NCBI RefSeq assembly: GCF_009914755.1
Contig: NC_060929.1
Reading direction: 5' to 3' (one strand)
DNA length: 64,000 bases
From: the human T2T-CHM13v2.0 reference genome, Homo sapiens
The first letter of the stretch is position 1, and each line of letters starts with the position of its first letter. The notes under the pieces are model-generated. The model searched no databases and had not been told where the DNA came from. It worked only from the letters and a program-made list of their open reading frames with translations. The position numbers and the translations under genes were made by a program. Shown here piece after piece: positions 55,416 through 64,000 of the stretch.

Positions 55416-56461
55416 GGGATGGAGCTCAGAACTGAGCCTGGAAGAGGGAAGTCATGGGTGGGCTAGGGTCAGGATGGTGGACCCTGCAGCAGATAAGGCT
55501 CTTGGATTGTAAAACTGGTCCCTCTTGCCAGTGATAAAGGGTGTACATGTGTCTGTGTGCATGTCTGTGTGTATGTCAGTGTGTGGGCTGTGGGGTAGGA
55601 TGGGTCGGGGGAGTGACGCGAAGTCTTGCCTCCTCAATCCAAAAATGGTGAGCTAAGCCTAAACAAAGAAAGAGAGCAATTGAACGCTACACAAAATTCA
55701 CATCAGCTTTCAGAAACCAATTTCTTCTGAAAGAGGGTTTCTGGCCCATCAGACAACACAGTGAGATGACTCCCTTTTATCTCCTCCCAGGTCTATTTCC
55801 TTAAAGGCCAAATTGTGGTCTTCTTTCTTTTTTCTCCCAGATGCCAGCTGCGACTCTGCTCACAGCCCAGGAGACCTGTAGACCCATAATGTCTCTTCCT
55901 GATGATTTGAACTGTGTCGTCAATAAGCGGAGAAAAGTGTGGTTGGCCTCCCATCTTCTTCCAAGAGCTGCTAACAAAGATTCCTGGAGTCCATTACCAA
56001 TTTGGACTTCATCCTCTATCCTCTTTGGTTCAACTGGTCCAAAGAGTCGCCGGGATGCCCTTCATTGGAACAAAGAGGATATTTCCTGGTTGGGATTCTG
56101 AGAGTTTGTAACAATTCCTAACAATTTACCCTCCCTCAAATCTTGCACTTACCTGCAAGGAGACATGTTACCTCCAGCTGACTCTACCTGCCAAAAATAT
56201 TGCTGCATGTTCATATTTATCATCTTTGTGTTCCACAGTTGCCATGGTAGTAAAATTTACACTCAACAGCCTCAGTGCCATTTTCAACTACAAATAGAAT
56301 GATTATGTTCCCAGTAAGGCTTGACAAAAACAGAAATGTGCATCTACTATAGGCTGGGCTGTGCGCTACACATAAGGTCTAGGGGCTGAGGTGGATGAGA
56401 AAAGAATTTCTATAATTTTCCTCCTTTATAAAGCAGGCTTTTTGTTTCTCTTGTGATGAGA

Positions 56462-57535
<1,074 letters not shown>

Positions 57536-60445
57536 ATGAGCCTGTTTTTTGTAAGAGCAAATTGGTAAGACGTGGCTTGTTCACCACTGCACGAGGTGCA
57601 CATGGGTGCATGGACTATAGCTTTGTTGAATGAATAAATGGTCTCTCCTGCTTACAATATTGTAATATTCCTTTGGATGTGATGTCCTGCTCAACTTTTC
57701 CCTGACTCCCCTGTTGACAGGATCTGGAACTCCCATATAGAAGCCTGGCGACACAGAAGAGACCCAGGCAGCAACTGAGATCACAAATAGGGGGCTTTCC
57801 TCCAGCGACCATCTGTACCACCTTTCTGCATTGTTTCCATGCCTGAAAATCAGTAAAACCTGCTGCTTTAGAATCAGGAAGCCCACTTGGTAACACCTGA
57901 AAAGTAGGATAAGCTATAGAGTGTTGTGACTAAGAAACCAAAGCAGTGGGCTAAACAGACTGGCCTGAATTACAGTTCTGCCTCTTGCCATGTGGGGATT
58001 CATGGGAAAACTATTCATCCCCTCTGTGCGTTAACTTGGACTTAATCCTATTCTTCTGAGCACTAAAATGAATCAATAAAGGCACTTAGCACAGTGCCTG
58101 GCACACTGTGAGGTCTCAGTAAAAGTTAGCTCTTATTGTTACTGTAACGCTCCAGTATTAATGCGCAGGCCCAAAGAAAACCCTGCTTCTGCTACTTCCT
58201 CTGACCCCCCAAGGTCTGTGGGAAAACAGAAGTGGCTCCAGAATGAGAGGGCAGACTTCATTTCCTTCATTATTTTCCAGGTACAGAGCCAAGGTTTGAG
58301 ACAAGGAACCCCTCCGCCATGTTTCTTCACATGGGCTACCCATCCCTCAAAGCTCATTTTGGCAAGGGGTTTGGGGAGAGAGCAGGGCCATCACCACCAG
58401 CCTCTCCTGCAAGGCCCAGAACCCACAGCTCAAGGGGTCTCAGAGAACTTTCACTGCATTAAAACCACAGATGACACTGGAGTTGGTTAAAGTTTCCAAA
58501 GAGAAGGTTGATGGACAGGCCAAGAATTCATGGTACGGGGGCTGTACCATGAGGACCCGGGAGAAAATCCAGGAGGAATGAGCCATGAGGCTAGGTAAGG
58601 TGGTATTATCTCATGTTGGCAGCACTGTAATTCTTACATGTAGGGAAGACGGCAGCATTCAGCTTGGCCTGACAGGAAGCTTTGTGTTACACTGAAGCAT
58701 ATTGAAAATATCAAAGTCCCGTGAAATAAAAATACAGCTTCTGGGCCCAATACTTTACCTGTGTGTAACTTAAAAGCTTTATTGGACATGGAGACTCTCT
58801 AACCAAAAACAAAGTGTGAGTGAAGGGTGGTGAAGGAAGGAGTATCAAATAGCAGACCCCTGCAGGTGTGTGTAGAATAACAACAGATGCTACTTATTGA
58901 GCAAGGGGCTAGGTGCTTTCCCCACATCCTGTCTCACTGGCATGGAAGAGCAGGACCTTATGTTAGGCAGTGTTAGCCCCATTTTACGGAGGAGGAAACC
59001 TGAGGTTCTGAGTTAGGAACTAGCTGAATCTGTATGCATACATACAGAAAAGGAAGAGAAAGAGAAATTTCTGTGACTTACATATATTCCATATTAGGAT
59101 GAACTCTCTGAAATTACTACTATGCCACCTTTTCTAACAAAAGTGCCAATTCCACAGGGTTCAACCTAACATAACATATTATGTAAATAATAATTTAATA
59201 AGCTATATAAAAGGATATCATACATTTCATATTTTATTCATTTTATAATGTTATCCATAAATTATATAATATGCACAAGAGGCAGAATGCTTAGTGGTTG
59301 ACAAGGTGAATTCTTGAATTGGATTGCATGGGAAAGTTGACTCTGCCACTTATGAGCTTCCAGACATGAAGTAAATAATGTCCCCTCTGGTGCCTTTGTT
59401 CCTCATCTATAAAATGAACTCATAATAGTACCCACCTCACAGAATGGTTGTAAGAATTAAGAAATCACAAAGTGCTAAAACTGTGCCTGGCACATGTCAC
59501 TTATTAGCAGTCACCACGCTTGCTTTTGTTCACTAATTCCTTGCAAAAATCCTTGGCAATCATCAATGCTACCTTCATTTCACAGTGAGAAGCCTGAGAC
59601 TCGGAGATTTGCCCAGGATTATACATCTAGCAAGGATGCATCAGGAATTCAAACTCAGGTCTTTCTGAGTCCCAAGTCCTGCTGTTTCTTGTAAGCTGCC
59701 CAGCTTCCGCTGGGGGTCTCCTTGTGCCTTCATTTGCCATTCAATGAAAGGAGAGGTTGGACCAGCTGACTTTATGGTTCCTTCCAAAATCCTCATGCAA
59801 GGAGGTGCTATCAAAGCAGCAGCATCAGAAATAACAGGATCAAATGCTTTTGGTCCCACTGAGTGCAGTATCCTTAGCCATGTGGCCAGAAGCATTTGGT
59901 ATTGAGGGTTCCAATTTTTTTTTTCTTTTCTGCTATTTCTTTCCAGCATCCTCAGTACATTTCCTAATTAATCACTCCCACTTAATTTCCTAAAGCAATC
60001 ACATCCTCCCCACAGGCAAGCGGCCTCGTCTCAGGCAGAAGCACACACACCAGCTGGCCCCTCGGCTATGTGGGAGTGTGTGAGCAGCCCTTGGACACAG
60101 CCCAAAGAGTGGCAGAGACGCAGGAAAAATGCAGTCTGGGAAGCTACACTCAGAGGACACTCTTGCCATTCTGGTGACATGTGGGTTTCCTGGTGAGCAA
60201 AAGGGACACTGAGATTTGGTTCTTCAAGGAAACTCTAAGGTGCAGAAGATCTGGCTGGAGCATCTCGGAATGCAGGGAGACTCTACCAGTGGCTGTTCTG
60301 TGATGCTGGGCAGGGCTTTGCTGGCCAGGTAGGAAGCTCAGGTCTGTCTCCCTCCCAGCTTTGCTGATGACTTGCTGTGTGACTTTGGGCAATAGCTTTT
60401 CTTTTGTTGAGCCTCAGTTTTTCTATTTTTAAAACGAGAACAGTC

Positions 60446-61146
60446 ATACATATAACACAGTGTGGTTTTAAGAAACGAACCACAAATACAATAGCCAAGA
60501 GGAACTGGACAGATGAGATCAATGAGCAAAGCTGGGTCAAGCAAAAGACAATAAACATAATGTCAAATGGCAGCTGACGTACTGTCTCAGTGTTGGGGTC
60601 ACAATAGGGAGTGGTAGGGACTGCAGTGAAATGGAGACACACCCCATCTACATAAAAGCCAGTCAATTACTGCCATAGAGCCAAGCTGAGCTTCTGTTGC
60701 TGGATTTTATTTTAGAAAAGAAACTAGAAATAGATTTGTATATGTATTCCCCTAATCTTATTATAAAATGGTAGGGGGAGGCTGGGCGCAGTGGCTCATC
60801 CCAGCACTTTGGGAGGCCAAGGCGGGCGGATCATGAGGTCAGGTGATCGAGACCATCCTGGCTAACATGGTGAAACCCCGTCTCTACTAAAAATACAAAA
60901 TTAGCTGGGCGTGGTGACGGGTGCCTGTAATCCCAGCTACTTGGGAGGCTGAGGCAGAAGAATCACTTGAACCAGGGAGTCAGAGGTTGCAGTAGGCCGA
61001 GATGGCGCCACTGCACTCCAGCATGGCAACAGAGCAAGAATCTGTCTCAACTCGACCCAGCTTTGCTCATTGATCTCATCTGTCCAGTTCCTCTTGGCTA
61101 TTGTATTTGCGGTTCCTTTCTTAAAACCACACTGTGTTGTATGCAT
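60446..61146. repeat. 96-bp inverted repeat (91/96 identity) with 509-bp spacer
   Basis: 60446-60541 is the reverse complement of 61051-61146. ORFs 60338..60544(-) and 60967..61158(+) share LDPALLIDLICPVPLGYCICGSFLKTTLC. Confidence 0.97.
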
Positions 61147-61174
61147 ATATGTATGTAAATAAATACATAAATAA
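60780..61174 (+). mobile_element. Alu (Sc/Y-like) whose tail is interrupted by a templated insertion
   Basis: Alu body 60780-61050 (small deletion after gtggctca), foreign 96 bp, then a (TAAA)n tail and decayed TSD aaaatggtaggggga / aattgatgggggga. Confidence 0.9.
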
Positions 61175-61421
61175 TTGATGGGGGGAAATGGACATAAAAA
61201 ATTATGTGAGCCAATAGCATTAGTCGTTATTACTGTTACTATTAACTTCTCTGTAACTCAGAACCCCCACCTGAAACAATGGATGTAAAGATTCCTGATA
61301 ACCATCTCTGCTCCATGGACATCTGCAAAAATTTCTGAGGGCACTACAGAGATTAAACACTGTGTGCACACAATTATGTTGCTTTATTAATTTAAGCATA
61401 CTTCATTGACATTGGGCTAGC

Positions 61422-61630
61422 CAGTGTTTCTTAACCAGAGGTAATTTTCCCCCCCCAGGGGACATTTGGCAATGTCTGGAAACATTTTTGAGTTGTTATG
61501 AAACAAGGGTACAGCTGGAATCTAAGAAGAAGAGGTCAGAAATGTTGCTAAATATAATGAACAGGACAGCCCACCAAACAACAAAAATATCCAACCCAAC
61601 ATGTCAATAGTACTGAAGTGAGAAAGCCTG
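61422..61630 (+). mobile_element. MER20
   Basis: cagtgtttcttaacc...ccccccaggggacatttggcaatgtctgga...atgtcaatagtactgaagtgagaaagcctg. Confidence 0.88.
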
Positions 61631-62021
61631 AGCTACGTGGAAGTTTCCCCTTGCATCCTCTCTACAGAAAGAACTTTTTGAAGATAGAGACTTGGATAGG
61701 TTTTGTTGGATATGGGAGAAGCCGGCAGGTGGGAGAACCAGCATCTATAATTATCTCCTCTATGAGGCTCAAGGCCTTGCTTTCATTCTGCCTCCTACAG
61801 CCTCTTCTCGTCATTGTCTTAGCAACTGTCACCTCAATATATTTCCCTCAAAAAAATCTGTTGAAGATGCACAGGTCAGAAAATAGGCTCTGGGGAAACT
61901 GTGGACTTATGAGATGAACCGTCTGAGCCAAGGTCACTCAGCAAGTTGCAGGGCAGACCTAGGAGAGAATTCTCCTGGGTCCTGGTCCAGGTCCCTCAGG
62001 AAGACATCACTCCATTTTGCT

Positions 62022-62045
62022 GTTGCCATGGTAATTATAAATCAA
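62022..62045. promoter_or_regulatory. Candidate RFX X-box plus adjacent PBX-HOX-type site
   Basis: GTTGCCATGGTAAT (13/14 to GTTRCCATGGYAAC) followed by ATAAATCA (TGATTTAT on minus). Motif match only. Confidence 0.3.
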
Positions 62046-62420
62046 TTATGTCTCTCCATTAAAGCAGTTACTCCATAGAACGTTCTCACAAAGGATTGTT
62101 GAACTCGCCCTAGTTATTCCAGGGATGTGAAAGTAATCACATTTTTGTATATTCTATAATTCTGGCTACATTTATGATTGTCCTTCACCTATAATGGGAT
62201 AAATAAGTGAGGTTATATTGCATCGTGGTTGTCATGCATTGCTATGACTACTCCAAACAAAGAAAACTGTGCTAGAAGCAACAGCAAGCGATTCTGGTTC
62301 ACCTTAAGAAAGGACAGGAAAGGAGAACAGAGTGACTTTTATCATCCTTACATTATGCTGAATGTTTTACATATCTTACCTCATTTATTCTTCCCTATAA
62401 TTTGAAGAATTTCTTGAGGT

Positions 62421-62595
62421 CAATTTTCTCAAACACTGCTGTACATCAGAAACACCTGCAAGGTTTACAAAATCCCAACATCCAAAAAGCACCCCCAAAT
62501 CATTAAATCACACTCTCTGGGGATTGGCCCGGGCATCAGTAATTTTTTAAGTCTCCCCAGATGATTGCAATATGCAGGCAAGTTTGAGAAGCAGG
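62421..62595. mobile_element. MER5-family element
   Basis: ttctcaaacactgctgtacatcagaaacacctg...ctccccagatgattgcaatatgcaggcaagtttgagaa. Confidence 0.75.
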
Positions 62596-64000
62596 GCTTC
62601 AGGACTCATTATCCTTATTTTACAATGATGCTGACATCCTAAGGGAAAAATGAACTTGCCTAAGGGCACCCAGCTGGTGAATGGTAAAACTGTGATTCAA
62701 ACCTGGTCTGCCTTTCTCCAAAGGCCACGCATAATCTTTCTCATTGTGCCATTTTCTCCCCAGAAGTTTGTTGTTTGTGGCTTTCTCACTCATTTGGAAA
62801 TTTGGTTGCAATCTTATGAACTTGAGTGAAAGGGAATTCTCTAGAAAGCTATCAAGAACTCCTGGATTCAATGAGCATCTTAAGAACAGGTCTTGGCGGG
62901 GTGGGAGGGAAGCAGGCATAGTCTGGTCTATGCTTTCGAAAGTGCTTAGATGAAATGGAAAACCATTATGTCCAATCTCCTTGTTCCTCTGGTCAAGATT
63001 CCAGTTCCAGAAAGAAAGGATCCAATTGACCTGACTTGGATCATAAACTTAGCCTTTGACTAGGAGAGGCCAAGAGCCCTGATCAAAAATCTACCAGGCT
63101 GTATCCCATGGGTGCAGAAGATGACATCCCAATAATGAAAGAAAGGCTGCTGCTAGGAAGAAAGAGTGAATGGGTCTTAGGCAGCCAGAAAATAATGCAT
63201 GTCTACTACAATGGAGGGGACTGAGGGACTTATGACAATTTCACAGCCACATGATGATCCCAAAGTCAAACTCAGCAAAAATCCAAAGGTTCATCCAATC
63301 AAAATCACTAATACAGACAAGGATCATTCAGAAGAAATATGCCACCGGAGAAGTGGCCACTGAATGGCCTCAAAATCATTTGCGAAATGTTGTGAGGTCT
63401 GTGCATTTTTCTAAAGACAAGGTAAATGTCTTTTATCCGATTATTTAGACTCTTAAAAAACAGAAAAGGTAAGGTTGGGGCTCCTGGGAGGTCTTAGGGA
63501 AGAAAAGGAGAAGCTCGTAGTCAATGGTTCCTAAGAGAGCTTCAGGTCCCAGGAACTACCCGGGAAAGTGAACCCCCGTGACCTGGCTTGACACCACAAA
63601 GACAAGGCTGGTATAGTTTGCTGAATTTCAGCCAATAAAACAATGCTGTAAAAAAAAGGCACTGACAAAAAACAGACACAAGGTAAGAGCTAACATGTTT
63701 GCCCACGGCTGCACAGCAGCAAGGGACAGGATCTATCCGGTGAGGAAAGAAAATGTGAACCTCTGAGCAAAACGATTATAACTGGAGGAAGCCAGGGGAT
63801 CTCTAGGGTCAAAAGCCAACAGGGACAATTAAAACTCAGCTGTGGATGTGTCAAAATAGTGTACTGTCCCGGGCAGCTTACCTGGGACCCTGAGCTCCTT
63901 TCCAAAGGGCTAGTTCTCTATCCCATGAGGGTATCTTCCCAGATCTAGGCATCAGCAGACACTACCATGCAGAAACTTGAAAAATGAAGCCATTGTGAGT

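Noticed and set aside
58528-58552. tcatggtac...gtaccatga 9-bp hairpin
   Set aside because: A few stems of this length are expected by chance in this window.
60338-61158. Two ORFs sharing a 29-aa Cys-rich peptide, suggesting duplicated genes
   Set aside because: By-product of the 96-bp inverted duplication; one ORF starts inside an Alu and neither has gene structure.

Overview
Primate (very likely human) genomic DNA lying entirely inside the SLIT3 gene on the minus strand. It covers part of intron 1 (31034 to window end), exon 2 (30962-31033), intron 2, exon 3 (24280-24351) and part of intron 3. The two 72-nt exons each encode one leucine-rich repeat and are absent from the supplied ORF track, whose ORFs appear to be noise or Alu/L1-derived. 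Intron 1 carries the MIR585 hairpin (43175-43268) and a retroposed RNY1 (Y RNA) pseudogene. The rest is dense in Alu, old L1M, MIR/L2, MaLR LTRs and DNA transposons, several of them nested. The most unusual signal is a set of local inverted duplications that look like template-switch products. These are a 41-bp-stem hairpin at 36522-36643 that I do not recognise, a 96-bp inverted copy of nearby DNA inside an Alu tail (60446-60541 vs 61051-61146), the MIR585 stem itself, and a micro-example in an Alu at about 27381. Repeat subfamily names are from memory of consensus sequences and their boundaries are approximate. No prokaryotic-type system (CRISPR etc.) is present.
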